DNA from: Eledone cirrhosa
Taxonomy: Eukaryota
Assembly (NCBI GenBank): GCA_964016885.1
Contig: OZ024750.1
Span: 40,486,001-40,550,000, forward strand
Direction: 5' to 3'
Length of the DNA: 64,000 nt
Each line of letters begins with the position of its first letter. Positions within the stretch are counted from its first letter, which is position 1. This document shows positions 1 through 12,042 of this stretch, one piece after another. The translations under genes and the position numbers were made by a program. The notes under the pieces were generated by a model. The model was given only the letters and a program-made list of their open reading frames with translations, was not told the origin of the DNA and ran no database searches.

Positions 1-1378
1 CTATCGCAGCCATTTGTAGACTATGAATTAGGGAGCTGCGCTTTTTGTCCGCAAATCCAAGTTCAGTCATACTTTGGTCCAAGCGGGTTGGTATATAACC
101 CGTAGCACCAATAATGATGGGTATGAAGCTAAAGGTGTATCTTGGATACTGGATTTGTAAACTCCTCATCAATGGTCCGTAGATGTCCTCCTTCTCCTGT
201 ATTTTTCTGACAACGTTTACATCAAGTGGGCAGCTGATCTCCACAACAGAACACGTTTTCAATGTGTGGTCCCAAACTACAATATCAGGCCGGTTGTGCT
301 TTAATCTGGTGGCAGTTTTTATTTTCAGGTTCCACCAGTATTCCTTAGTGCCATCTGTCTCAATATATTCTTCCTCGTTTGTTGTTAATTTTGTTTTCCG
401 AAGTGCGTTCCAGATGGTTCTAGCTATCCCATCGTGTCTCATGGGGAGGTAGTAGCGAGATGACATTCTTTCGCAGCTGGCAACAATGTGGCTTACATCC
501 TCGATCTTTGTTTTACATAGCCTACATTTATTGTCAGCTGCTGGCCCTCCTCTTTTGTGCAGCAGATATTTGGTAGGGAGTTCTTGTTCCTGTATTGCAT
601 AGAGATATCCCTCAAGGTGTGATGTCATAAACTTGTCGGAACTCCATGCCAGGCTTTTTGAGTGGTTTATCCCCTCTATGGTCTGTGTTTTACGCCTCAA
701 GTATCCATGCACAACTTTTTCTGTAAATTGGTCAATTTTTTTTTCTTGTTTGAACATTGAATAGGATCTTCCGATTTCTCTGGGTGAGAGATTTATATCG
801 GGCTTTATTCCATATCTCTCCTCCAGATCAGTCGCTATTCTAATGATATTTCTTTTTTCATGGTCATAAACCTGGGCAAGATGGTTGCCAACCTTTTTCC
901 TCTGTTGAAGGTGTTGCTTCAGTGTCACTATCCGGGTCTCATATGTTGTTAATATTGATTTTAGACCCCGGCCACCTTCCTTGCGTGAGAAGTATAGCCT
1001 ATCCACATCACCATTGATGTTAAAGTTCCCAGTAACACTGAGAAGTTTTCGAGTTCTAACATCCATCTCACTTAGTTCTTGCAATGACCAGTTCAGTAGG
1101 CCAAATGTTGGCGTTAGAATTGGCACAGCATAAGTATTGTGGGCAATGTATTTGTTGTATGCTGACAGTTCTGATGACCATATTTTCTTTACTCTTCTGA
1201 GGTATTCAGTTCTGGTTTTCTCCTTATTTATGGGTCCATCATATCTGACATTCTCATCCTGTCCAAGATATCTGTAGTTGTCACCTGACTGCAAAGGTTG
1301 TATTGTCAGGCCGTTCATCTCTAGATTTCTAGAGGAGGGCACAGCTCTTCCACGTTTTACTGCCAAATATGCACACTT
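1..1378 (-). mobile_element. 5'-truncated RLE-type non-LTR retrotransposon (R4/Dong-like): RT thumb, CCHC finger, PD-(D/E)xK endonuclease
   Basis: Segments I translated by hand stay in one frame and run off the window: [10 protein letters not shown]...YRYLG...DRLYFSRKEGGRGL...CRLCKTKIEDVSHIVASC...RHDGIA...HNRPDIVVWD...VEISCP...IPIIIGATG. Confidence 0.85.
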
Positions 1379-1433
1379 GTGTATGTATGTATGTATGTAT
1401 GTATGTATGTATGTATGTATGTATGTATGTATG

Positions 1434-1875
1434 TCGCTCAGAGATGACACTGGGAGAGATGACCCCTTAGCCTTTGTCAAGGCAGAATTCTAGGAGAAGG
1501 AAAACTCTGATATAACACCTGCAACCCTGATGGTATCCAATGATGTTGACTTGTTCTTCTTTTTGGTAAATATCATCTTGGTTAAGAGAGTGGAACTGGC
1601 TTTGTGCAGTGCCTTTGCTCACTATAAAAGCTTCACGGCACAAGCATTGCTTTATATCTGGAGATCTCTCTGCACTTGCCGTCACATGGTACCATGGGCC
1701 CAGCACTATGTGTCAATAATTGTCACAAGTGTAGTGTTTGTACCAGAGTTTTCAAGTCGCTGGCTGGACTAAAAAGTCACACTCGTTCAGCGCATTGGTA
1801 GGAGTTCTCCTACATGGATATAAAGTAGTGGCCGTACTCGAAAACGAGTTGGCAGCCACCATGTATGTATGTATG
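1434..1875 (+). mobile_element. Non-autonomous RTE-related short element ending in (ATGT)n
   Basis: Near-identical copies at about 11012-11575 (-) and 43513-43947 (-). Contains ctaggagaaggaaaactctg, an RTE 5'UTR-like motif. Flanked by (ATGT)n. Confidence 0.7.
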
Positions 1876-2059
1876 TCGCTCAGAGTGGGATTGGCTCAGT
1901 GTACAGTCTTTCCTCACTTTAAAAAGAATCTTCACGCACAGGCATTTCGCGGTAGAATTAATTGATAATTATTAATAATTTTATATCATGCAATGACCAT
2001 ACTTGATAACGGGGGGGGGGGGGGGGGAACCATCGTGTGTGTGTAGTGTGTAGTGTGTG

Positions 2060-2860
2060 TGTGTGTGTAAATGTGCATGATATGCAACAAAGTGTATAGA
2101 ACTAGTTCCGGACTAAAAAAACACATGGTGCTACATAAAAATTGTGTTTTACAGGGTGACACCACCGGTCCTGTGGAAAGCACAACTCTCTTCTGTCACA
2201 TGTGTCGTAAACCATGCAGATCTACATCTGGTCTACAAAGTTACCTACGAAGTCCCACAGGGTGACACCACCGGTCCTGTGGAAAGCACAACTCTCTTCT
2301 GTTGCATGTGTTGTAAACCATGCAGATCTACAGCTGGCCTACGAAGTCCCACGGGGTGACACCACCGGTCCTGTGGAAAGCACAACTCTCTTCTGTCACC
2401 TGTGTCGTAAACCATGTAGATCTACAGCTGACCTACAAAGTTACCTACAAAGTCCCACGGGGTGACCCCACCAGTCCTGTGGAAAGCACACACAACACTC
2501 TTCTGTCACCTGTGTTGTAAACCATGCAGATCTACAGCTGGCCTACAAAGTCATCTATGAAGTCCTACAGTGTGACCCCACCAGTCTAGTGGAAAGCACA
2601 ACTCTCTTCTGTCACCTGTGTCGTAAACCATGCAGATCTACAGCTGGCCTACAAGGTTACCTACGAAGTCCCACGGGGTGACACCACCGGTCCTGTGGAA
2701 AGCACAACTCTCTTCTGTTGCATGTGTTGTAAACCATGCAGATCTACAAAGCTGGTCTACAAAGTCATCTACGAAGTCATGGACGCGAATGGCATGACAA
2801 CGAAGAATCAACAAGGGACGGCAATCGTCTGTGAAGACGCTGCAATCCACATGTATGTGT
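2060..2860 (+). mobile_element. RTE-like LINE 3' end with tandemly amplified C2H2 zinc-finger unit
   Basis: CMICNKVYRTSSGLKKHMVLH followed by six units of about 106 bp encoding FCHMCRKPCRSTxGLQSHLRSH, frameshifted between units. Short 3' region ending in atgtatgt. Confidence 0.6.
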
Positions 2861-2879
2861 GCAGGTAAATATGTACGTA

Positions 2880-3342
2880 TGTACAGAAAGTTCAATTTCA
2901 AATCCAAGGTGTTCCAAATATGAATCAGAGAACTGCTGTATGCAGACGATGTTGACTTTGTGACTCACTCTCAGGATGATATGCAACACATCATGGATTG
3001 TTTTTCAACCTCTTTTAATGCATTTGGCATGAAAATGAATCTAAAAAAGACCAAAGTAATGTTCACCCCATCACCAGGGAAAGCATATATTGAGCCAAAT
3101 ATAATTGTGCATGGAACTAGGTTGGGTGTAGTTGACACTTTCGTTTACATGGGTATTGCATTATCAAGGAATGGTTCACTGGATGCAGAAATACACCTGC
3201 GCATTCAGAAGGCCTCTGTAGTCTTTGGAAAACTTGAAAAGAGAGTGTGGGCCGATCATGGCATCAATATCAAGACCAAGATTAGTTTGTACAAGGCCTG
3301 CATTCTGAGTGCTCTGTTGTACTCTTCGGAAACGTGAACAGT
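2880..3342 (+). mobile_element. RTE-clade reverse transcriptase fragment
   Basis: RELLYADDVDFVTHSQDDMQHIMDCFS...FGMKMNLKKTKVM...FVYMG...RIQKASVVFGKL...LLYSSET*. Bounded by atgt repeats. Confidence 0.88.
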
Positions 3343-3814
3343 ACATGTATGTATTTGTGTCTGTATATCTTCCTCTTGTCTGCATCGCGGGCGGCGGTGC
3401 CCAGGTTTGTAACCGAAGTATCATGGCTGGAGGTGGGAATTGAAATTTGATAAATAAAATTTCTTTTGAGATAACTGAAGTCTTTAATTAGATGAAGGGT
3501 AACAACTTCACGTTGGCAGAATTTCTCCAGGTTTCGAAGTAGCAGCTTTTAATTACCTCCCTTGCAACCGTCTGTTAGTAACACTTAGTAAGTTAAACGA
3601 ACTCGTTTCTCTTCATCTCTGTCGATGTTTAAGGAGTTTAATTCATAAAAATAAAGTAACGCATCTGTACGTTTACTAATATTGAAATTGTTAGGAAATT
3701 TGAAAAGTTCCAACAAAATTGATAGCAAATAATATTTAGTTTTTAGCGGAAAGATATTGTGATCAGATGAAATAGGAAGAGTGGTTGTAGTCACTTCTTG
3801 GCAACCTCTGTGTA

Positions 3815-4022
3815 TTTCTTCTTCTTCTTCTTCTTGAGAGGGTCGTGGGGGGGGGGGGGGGAGAGTCCTCAGACACTCCTTCCAGTGGGTCCTGTCAGAA
3901 GCAACTGTCTCCAATTGATCTGGCTGGATTCCCAAACAAGACCAGCCTAGCTCATGGATGTTATCCAACCATCTTGCTTGGGGTCTACCCCTGGGTCTCC
4001 TACCAGTTGGCTTCACCCGTAA
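3815..4022 (-). mobile_element. RTE (Rex3/Expander-like) 3' terminal fragment with (GAA)n tail
   Basis: KPTGRRPRGRPQARWLDNI...LGIQPDQLETVASDRTHW...LPP followed by gaagaagaa. Confidence 0.8.
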
Positions 4023-4435
4023 AATCTATCCACCACAGATATAAGTGAATATAAAAATAAAAACTAAGTATAAAATAAAATAGAATAAAATACAATAATT
4101 TAAATAGGGAAAGGTAATCAGCGTTCAACAGATGTGATGGACATAATCTGTCGCCCTGCTGAACACCTTTAATTGACCCTTGGGTGCTATCGGTGCAGTC
4201 CACCTTGTAACCATTCTGTTTAGGTCTCTCCTCAAAAATCTCCATCTGTTATGAAAATCTTACAACTGGACATGACACATCTATACTGCGATGAAGCTGA
4301 TCTGTTGCTATTATATATATATATAGAGTTCAAATCCCGCCGAGGTTAACTTTGCCTTTCATCCTTACGGGGTCGATAAAATAAAGTACCAGTAATACAC
4401 TGGGTAATTGCTGGCCTTATGCCTAAAGTAGAAAC

Positions 4436-4498
<63 letters not shown>

Positions 4499-4666
4499 CA
4501 TCCACTGTTTCATAAAACCACAACTAAGTCAATGATGTGCGGACACTTACTTGAGGGAGGTGGAGGTGAGAGGAAGGTGGAAGTGTGGGATACAAAGTAG
4601 AAAAAGATGGAGAATGAAAAAGAATGAGAATATTAGTTCAAAATGTAACATTAAACAAAGTCTTAC

Positions 4667-4854
4667 CTAAAAGTGGGAATACTCTGGAATTTCTCAAAGG
4701 CTTTCTTTTGAATGTTCAGTTTGTAGATTGTTGATTTTGTATTGTACGTATTGACCTTTTTAAAGTTTTGTGGACCAAAATTGTAACTGTTTGCCACAAC
4801 TAAATAATGGTCATCGTTAATAGAGAAATATTCCCAGTCCACAGCACCCATTGT
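4667..4854 (-). CDS. TSPEAR: TSPEAR coding exon 8, EAR repeat (gene continues beyond window start)
   Basis: tttcag| acceptor, AG|gtaag donor. TMGAVDWEYFSI...YLVVANSY...STIYKLNIQKKAFEKFQSIPTF. 188 nt, phase 0 to 2. I found no further EAR exon in 1-4660. Confidence 0.92.
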
Positions 4855-4991
4855 CTGAAAATATAAGAAATATTTAACGGGTGTGTATCAGTTGTTTTAA
4901 TTATGTGATTTTATATATTTATGTAAGGTGGAGAATTGACAGGGTCGATAGAACGTCCATCTCCAGGTCTGAATACACTAGTATAGTAAAC

Positions 4992-5408
4992 ATACTATAA
5001 ACATTTGAGTTAATAATTCCAATTTTAAAAGATATTTTTGCTAAATTATTAGAGAGTATTCAGAAATAATACTGCATATTTTCACAACAATCTGTCCAGT
5101 AGAGAAGATAATATAGACATTGAAATTTACAAATATGTTTCTTGGGCATCTTATAGCTGACGGAGCCCATCCTTCACCATGTCTGAATACAGCAGATTTA
5201 TTCTAAAGAAGGACAAAGAGTGAGAGATAAGCGAGAAAGAGATATAGAGGAAGAGTCGACTCCAGTACTAGACTGGTACTTTTTTATCGACCTCGTATAG
5301 ATGAAAGATAAAGTTGACCTCGGCGGGATTTGAGCTCAGATATGAGAGAGCTGGAACAAATACCATAAAGCATTCTATCCGACGTTCTAACGATCTGCCA
5401 ATTTGATA
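4992..5408 (-). repeat. SINE (subfamily 2) plus shared 3' flank; inverted copy of 12360-12982
   Basis: The reverse complement aligns by eye to 12360-12982 once the nested SINE at 12672-12860 is removed. Confidence 0.8.
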
Positions 5409-6019
5409 CAACATGAGAGTCGAAAAGGAACTTCTCAGAAAGTATTCCAACGATTGTTGACCAAGAATACATACTCAAAGAAGCTCAACTACAACATTTC
5501 TTGAAAATAAAAACTTTCTGTTGTAGTTTGCCTGATGCATTGTGGATTAGGAAATACAAATTTAAATTCAAATAAGTTTAAATCTTTGGAAACCCTACAA
5601 TGTATGCAAGATGAAAAGTGCCAAGGTAATAGGAATTATAGAGGAAAGAGTGAGGACGATAGAATTTTACCTTAGCAAATTTATTTATCTCAAAACTTTC
5701 TGCTTATCTGTAAAGGGCCATGTATAGCTATGTTGTCAGAAAACTTCACAGTGACAGCAACCAGCAACATACGCAAGTAAAGTAGTCTAGCTTGGACCAA
5801 CAACTGGTAAATTAGTTCCAACATTGAAGGGTATGATTTGCAATCTAATAACAGTAAATAACAACAAAATATCTGAAGCACATAAGGGGGAGTGATGCTG
5901 ATAAAACACTCGTATGAGGAGAAAAGTGGCCAGCAGCGCCTTTAGGGGGTAGTTTCACCGAGTTTCCAAGCTTTTGCTTATAGAGATTGACTGTTATTTT
6001 CTGTGATAGTCTGATTGGA

Positions 6020-6288
6020 GTCTAGAGGCTCATCAAACCGGTACTTATCCCGGTTTCCATGGTGTTAAACAACTGAGAGTACAAGACTCCCCCCTGGACA
6101 GGACACCAATCCATCACAGGGTTAAACCCCCAGCTATTGCTGGTACTCATTTTCAGCTGAGTATACTGGAACAAGGCGAAATGAAGTATTTTGCTCAATA
6201 ATACAACACGCAACTTAGCCCAGGAATTGAACCCACGACATCATGATGGTAAGTCCAACCCTCTTACCACTAGGCCACGTGCCTCCAT
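6020..6288 (-). mobile_element. tRNA-derived SINE with CORE/V-like body
   Basis: A box tggcctagtgg, B box ggttcaattcc, then ttgagcaaaatactt and accctgtgatggattggtgtcctgtccaggg. Confidence 0.7.
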
Positions 6289-6366
6289 ATTTTCTGTGAT
6301 AGGCAAAGGTAAGACATATCTTAAATTCTAGCTACAGATGAGTGACACAGAAGACAATATCATTAC

Positions 6367-6596
6367 CTCCATACTGTTGAACTTGATAAACTTGTTGTTG
6401 TGCCATATATAAACGACAGAATGTAACAGAGTAGTACGACCATCAAAAGCATGAGATATTATCAAGAACTGATAATCTTCTACACTGAACGCTGTTATGT
6501 CACGTGCTCCAATTGTTTTCAAGAGTTGGTATTTCTCGAATTTTCTTAGCTTCCGGTTCCAGCGGTAAATAACGGAAGTCGTGTGAAGACTGTTTC
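6367..6596 (-). CDS. TSPEAR: TSPEAR coding exon 7, EAR repeat
   Basis: ttgcag| acceptor, GAG|gtaatg donor. GNSLHTTSVIYRWNRKLRKFEKYQLLKTIGARDITAFSV...FDGRTTLLHSVVYIW. 230 nt, phase 1 to 0. Confidence 0.92.
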
Positions 6597-7046
6597 CTGC
6601 AAAACCACAAAGAATACATCAGACATTAATAGTTAAGACATGCAATATATTCCACACTACTGATCGATATTGATCGGTATTGATTGGTAGTGGTTGACTA
6701 TAAAGGTATAGGTATAGGAATTTAGAGTGAATGGGCCCGATTATTATCTTGAAGAGGAACATTATATACAATAATATATATATGTATGTGTATATGCATA
6801 CACGGGCGTGCGTGCATGCACACACGCACACGCACATAATATATATATATATCTGTGTGTGGGTAATAACATACTAATAATATGTTGCCTATTAGTCTCC
6901 GATCATTACATCGGTGAAACTGGCACGGAGTACTTAAGGCTGATTACACTATAGTTTGCTGGTTGTGATGATAAAATGCAACACTGACAATCCATTGACA
7001 TTGAAGTTAAGACAGCCCCCCCCCCCCTCTCTATCTCTATCTATCT

Positions 7047-7330
7047 ATTTTATAAAAGGTGGGTGAATGTGGCAAAGATGGCCCGAGTGGTTGGGCCTTC
7101 TCTCTATATAAGCCTGTAGGTTGAGGAGGAAGAGAGATGAGGGTGGTACATTTTTTCGGGGTGTGTACAACCCCTGTGTAACGCCTCCCCCCTATTGGGC
7201 ATATCAATTGTTATTTGTTATTTTATTAATACTTTTATTTTCATATACCTGTATGTAAACTCCCCATTTGTATTTGTCCGCTTCTTTTGTGCCCCTGTGG
7301 CTAATAAAGAAATTTATCTATCTATCTATA
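7047..7330 (+). mobile_element. 5'-truncated Tx1-like LINE 3' end in a (TATC)n tract
   Basis: Nearly identical to 36950-37260. ctatctatct on the left, aataaagaaatttatctatctatcta on the right. Confidence 0.85.
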
Positions 7331-7343
7331 TATATATATATAT

Positions 7344-8112
7344 AAGTGGTTACACAACAGTTAGTTCACCATACCGAGAACAATCGTTTCACCTTCGCGG
7401 ATCTTCAGCTCGGGATGTGTATGTTTATAGGAACAGGAAGGACAACTGTATGAACGCGCATGCGCAGAAACTTGGTCACTTCACACAGGCAATACTAGAC
7501 TGCGTGCGGGAGGTGTAAGGGAGATAACTGCGAAAATCCGGAAAGTTTTTAGGTTGAAAATAAAATTTAAAAAATTAAAAATAAAATTACAAAGAATCAG
7601 TCCGGAGCCTTGTAGTTATGCAATAGATGTTTGGTGACGTGTGGACAACGTGTGAAAAATTCACTTCTCGTGTTTAGGCAATCACTATTGCGTAATCTCT
7701 TTAGGATAGTTATTCGTTCGTCGATACATAAGCCACACGTCGGATTTCCTCTTGCGTATGGCTTGGACTTAGTGATGGCTTTCCATTGAATGGAGTAGCC
7801 TATACTTGAGTCCTTGAGGGACCATATGTGGCTCGCGAGTTTCGTGGATGAACGTCTGTCCGGGTATCTGAAGGTAGACTGGTGGTTCAGGAAACGCTCC
7901 TTGAATCGGCCCTCCGCCATGCCCACATAGGATTTTTACCTCCTGTGGTTCGTTTAGTCGGTTGGAAGTGACCACAGCTTCATAGATTACAGCTGGTCTG
8001 TTGCATTGTTGTTGAAGGGGGCAAGCTTCAGGCTTACGACAAGAGCACCCTGGTGGGGGTGTTGCTCCTAGGGCTGCTGGTGATGTGGGCCTTCATGTTC
8101 TTAGCGCAGGAG
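7344..8112 (-). mobile_element. Penelope-like element 3' end: GIY-YIG endonuclease (frameshifted) plus 3' terminal region with hammerhead
   Basis: CSCRKPEACPLQQQC...VIYEAVV / YVGMAEGRFKERFLNHQSTF...TKLASHIWSLK...CGLCIDER...LNTRSEFFTRCPH. Flanked by (TA)n on both sides. Confidence 0.9.
7374..7413 (-). ncRNA. Minimal type I hammerhead ribozyme in the Penelope 3' region
   Basis: CCGAG-CTGAAGA-tccgcgaaggt-GAAA-CGATTG-TT-CTCGG. Helix I CCGAG/CTCGG, conserved core, near-palindromic helix III, GUU triplet. Confidence 0.72.
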
Positions 8113-8159
8113 TATCCTAGTTTATATATATATATATATAATGTGTGTGTGTGTGTGTG

Positions 8160-8350
8160 TTTTCTAATTTTTTTCCGTTCCTTCCTCTCCTCACTATATT
8201 TTTCCATTTCATCTTTTATTTCTAACTCTATTTTCTGATGAAGGACTAGTGTCCGAAACGTTAAGACTTTTTACCTGTTATTTCAAGCATTAAACTAATA
8301 TGTTTCTTCATTGTACTGTGTCGTTTATTTTGTTATTTCTGTTTACTTCA
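8160..8350 (+). mobile_element. Hammerhead-bearing short element ending in (CA)n
   Basis: CTGATGA-a-GGAC-tagt-GTCC-GAAA-CGTT-aaga at 8235-8266. Relatives at 46256-46447 (-), 48690-48897 (+), 59645-59770 (+) and a 3' stub at 62460-62495 (-). Confidence 0.72.
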
Positions 8351-8375
8351 CACACGCACACACACATATGTGCAG

Positions 8376-8422
<47 letters not shown>

Positions 8423-8461
8423 GCTGCACACATATATATATATATATATACATACATGCTG

Positions 8462-8500
<39 letters not shown>

Positions 8501-8504
8501 GCTG

Positions 8505-8548
<44 letters not shown>

Positions 8549-8551
8549 CAG

Positions 8552-8590
<39 letters not shown>

Positions 8591-8889
8591 AGCATATATA
8601 TATATATATATATGTGTGTGTGCAGCATGTATATATATATATGTGTGCAGCATGTATATATATATATATATATATGTGTGTGTGCAGCATGTAAATATAT
8701 ATATATATGCAGCATGAAAGGAAGATATTGGAATCCAGCCTTCTTGAATTCATTTAAGTACTGAACTCCGTTCCTGTACCAGCCATGAGATACCACATCT
8801 ATGTCGGAAGATACGCATAACGTCGAGTGCTTTTACTTGTTGCAACATGATCAGCTAATGGGGAAAGGAATATTTGATAGTGAACCAAC

Positions 8890-9079
8890 CTTTGGCATAA
8901 TTCGCTACAGCAATGAACTTTTTTCCTCGAATATTGAAATATTCAATATCTGTTGCAGTCCAGGTTCGAAGAATCTGGAATGTTCTAAATTTCTTCCGTT
9001 TGGCACTCCACCGAAATATTGTAGAAGTTGTTGCCGAGCCATTCATAGAGGCGCCATAATTGGCAACAGCCAAGAAATA
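8890..9079 (-). CDS. TSPEAR: TSPEAR coding exon 6, EAR repeat
   Basis: ttgcag| acceptor, G|gttggt donor. YFLAVANY...STIFRW...FRTFQILRTWTATDIEYFNI...FIAVANY. 190 nt, phase 0 to 1. Confidence 0.92.
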
Positions 9080-9529
9080 CTGCAACACAAAAGGGAATAC
9101 AACATTAAACACAATTTTAATGATTATATGTAAACCTCTCTCTCTCTCTCTCTCTGCCCCTCTCTCTCAGTGCCTCTCTGCCCCCTCTCTCTCTGCGCCT
9201 CTCTGCCTCTCTCTGCCTCTCTCTGCCCCCCTCTGCCTCTCCCTGCCCCCCTCTCTCAGTGCCTCTCTGCCTCTCTCTGCCCCCCTCCCTCAGTGCCTCT
9301 CTCTGCCCCTCTCTCTCAGTGCCCCTCTGCCTCTCTCTGCCCCCCTCTCTCTCTCTCTCTCTATCTCTCTCTGATTCGGTCTCTTCCCCCACCGTTCACC
9401 CTCTTCCAGCCTATTTACTCGTCTTTAACCGTCCTTACCCCAATCTCCTCCCTTCCGCCACTCCTCCCTCCTACCATTCTTTATTCTTCTTTCAGCGTCC
9501 ATCTCCTTTTTTCCCTCTATCACCCTCTT

Positions 9530-10252
9530 TACCCACCTATAACCCACATTAACCCAATATCACCTTCCCCATCGCTCTGTTACCCCCATTAACCCTCCAT
9601 TACCCACCTATAACCCACATTAACCCAATATCACCTTCCCCATCGCTCTGTTACCCTCATTACCCCACCATTGCCCACATTAGCTTAATATCACCCTCTT
9701 TACCCATCTATAACCCACATTAACCTAATATCACATTCCCCATCGCTCTGTTACCCTCATTAACCCTCCATTACCCACCTATAACCCACATTAACCCAAA
9801 ATCACCTTCCTCATCGCTCTGTTACACTCATTACCCCACCATTACCCACCTATAACCCACATTAGCCCAATATCACCCTCTTTACCCACCTATAACCCAC
9901 ATTAACCCAATATCACCTTCCTCATCGCTCTGTTACCCTCATTACCCCACCATTACCCACCTATAACCCACATTAGCCCAATATCACCCTCTTTACCCAC
10001 CTATAACCCACATTAACCCAATATCACCTTCCTCATCGCTCTGTTACCCTCATTACCCCACCATTACCCACCTATAACCCACATTAAGCCAATATCACTC
10101 TCTTTACCGACCTATAACCCACATTAACCCAATATCACCTTCCCCATCGCTATGTTACCCTCATTAACCCTCCATTTCCTACCTATAACCCACATTAACC
10201 CAATATCACCCTCTTTACCCACCTATAACCCACATTAGTCCAATATCACCTG
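9530..10252. repeat. C-rich minisatellite with degenerate TAACCC/TTACCC subunits
   Basis: Recurrent acccacctataacccacattaacccaatatcacc... units. Confidence 0.9.
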
Positions 10253-10468
10253 CCCTTCACATCGTATCTATCTTGTTCTCCCTCTATAGCTATCATTCCC
10301 CCTCTTTACCACAATTGAACCCATTTCAACTCAATGTTCTTCCCTTTCTCCCTTTTTCTCTTTCCCAGTCTGGTGCCATCTTCCGCCATATTTATCGTGA
10401 TTTAACCCATTTCCGCCCATTTACCCACATACATACACAAACACACACACATATATACACATATCTAT

Positions 10469-10536
<68 letters not shown>

Positions 10537-10607
10537 TTTTAGTTTCAGAGGATCCCGTTAAGGGTGAAAGCAGCGATTCTTTGCTTAAACTTTAATCTGT
10601 TATTTTA

Positions 10608-10646
<39 letters not shown>

Positions 10647-10672
10647 TATATATATGTGAGAGAGAGAGAGAG

Positions 10673-10889
10673 AGAACACTGGAAGGTAATATCCGTAGTG
10701 GTAGAGCACTCAGTCCATGGGACTGAGTTAGGTAGAAGTGGTAACACAACAGTTAGTTCACCATACCGAGAACAATTGTTTCACCTTAGCGGATCTTCAG
10801 CTCGTAGTGCTGAAGATACGTACGAGCTGAAGATCCGCTAAGGTGAAACAATTGTTCTCGGTATGGTGAACTAACTGTTGTGTTACCAC

Positions 10890-10891
<2 letters not shown>
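10673..10891. mobile_element. Palindromic Penelope-terminal mini-element with hammerhead in both arms
   Basis: Arms 10736-10806 and 10821-10891 are reverse complements and match the Penelope end at 7344-7413. Core cgag-CTGAAGA-tccgctaaggt-GAAA-CAATTG-TT-ctcg at 10823-10860. Confidence 0.85.
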
Positions 10892-10922
<31 letters not shown>

Positions 10923-11011
10923 TATACACACATCAGGACTAGCACCATTTCATTTGGTTGAAATTATCAGGAGTTCTTGATAGTCCTGTCATACATACAC
11001 CCATACATACA

Positions 11012-11575
11012 TAGATGGTGACTGCCAACTCGTTTTCGAGTACGGCCACTACTTTATATCCATGTAGGAGAACTCCTACCGATGCGCTGAACGAGTGTCA
11101 CTTTTTAGTCCAGCCAGCGACTTGAAAAATCTGGTACAAACACTACACTTATGACAATAATTGACACATAGTGCTGGGCCCATGGTACCATGTGACGACA
11201 AGTGCAGAGAGATCTCCAGATATAAAGCAATGCCTGTGCCGTGAAGCTTTTATAGTGAGCAAAGGCACTGCACAAAGCCAGTCCCACTCTCTTAACCAAG
11301 ATGATATTTACCAAAAAGAAGAACAAGTCAACATCATTGGATAGCATCAGAGTTGCAGGTGTTATATCAGAGTTTTCCTTCTTCTAGAATTCTGCCTTGA
11401 CAAAAGCTAAGGGGTCATCTCTCCTGGTGATTTTGGATGGCCATTGACTCTTAAGAGCTCCTTTGCCCTTTGACAGGTTTTGTTTTTAGTCCTGCGGGAT
11501 GTCCAAAGTCACCCTCCTCACCAAGAAACCTTGGTGGGGTTGCCAGTTAAGTCGCCAACGACCCGACCATGGGAG
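11012..11575 (-). mobile_element. Non-autonomous RTE-related (ATGT)n element, longer copy
   Basis: Homologous to 1455-1862 and 43513-43947. (ATAC)n on both sides. Confidence 0.75.
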
Positions 11576-11746
11576 ATACATACATATATACATACATACA
11601 CGTATGTATGTATGCACATGTGTGTGAATGTGGGTGGTTGTGTATGTATTAGAAAGATGAATTAAGTTCAAATTAAAAATAAAACAAAAACAACAAACAA
11701 ACGAATAAACAAAAGAGAAACCTGAAGGTAGCCATCGATTTCTCAC

Positions 11747-12042
11747 CTGATTCTCCATCTTGAAACTCTTGAAAGAATGCGCAGCATCTGTTGGTAGTTT
11801 CTGGTAGAGTGACAGTTTATCGTTTGACCATTTATATACAGCAGAGGAACCACTGTGGTCTGCAACTAGTTTCTGTCTCTGGCTTCTGTTGTGTTTCTTT
11901 TGTTTGTTGTTACTTTGAGAATTGCTAGCAAAAGCTGCAAACAGTCCTTCTCCAGGAATGGTAAACACTTCAACATCAACAGCACCTCCATCAACATCAA
12001 TGTCTTGGTACCATTCGAAGTAATCCAACCGACAACTGCTGC
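11747..12042 (-). CDS. TSPEAR: TSPEAR coding exon 5, first EAR repeat region
   Basis: cttcag| acceptor, CAG|gtgag donor. RLDYFEWYQDI...VEVFTIPGEGLFAAFAS...SAVYKW...YQKLPTDAA. 296 nt, phase 1 to 0. Confidence 0.92.

Noticed and set aside
1530-1772. 80-aa ORF repeated three times (1530, 11105, 43626)
   Set aside because: The conservation reflects recent copies of a non-autonomous repeat, and the protein is not recognisable.
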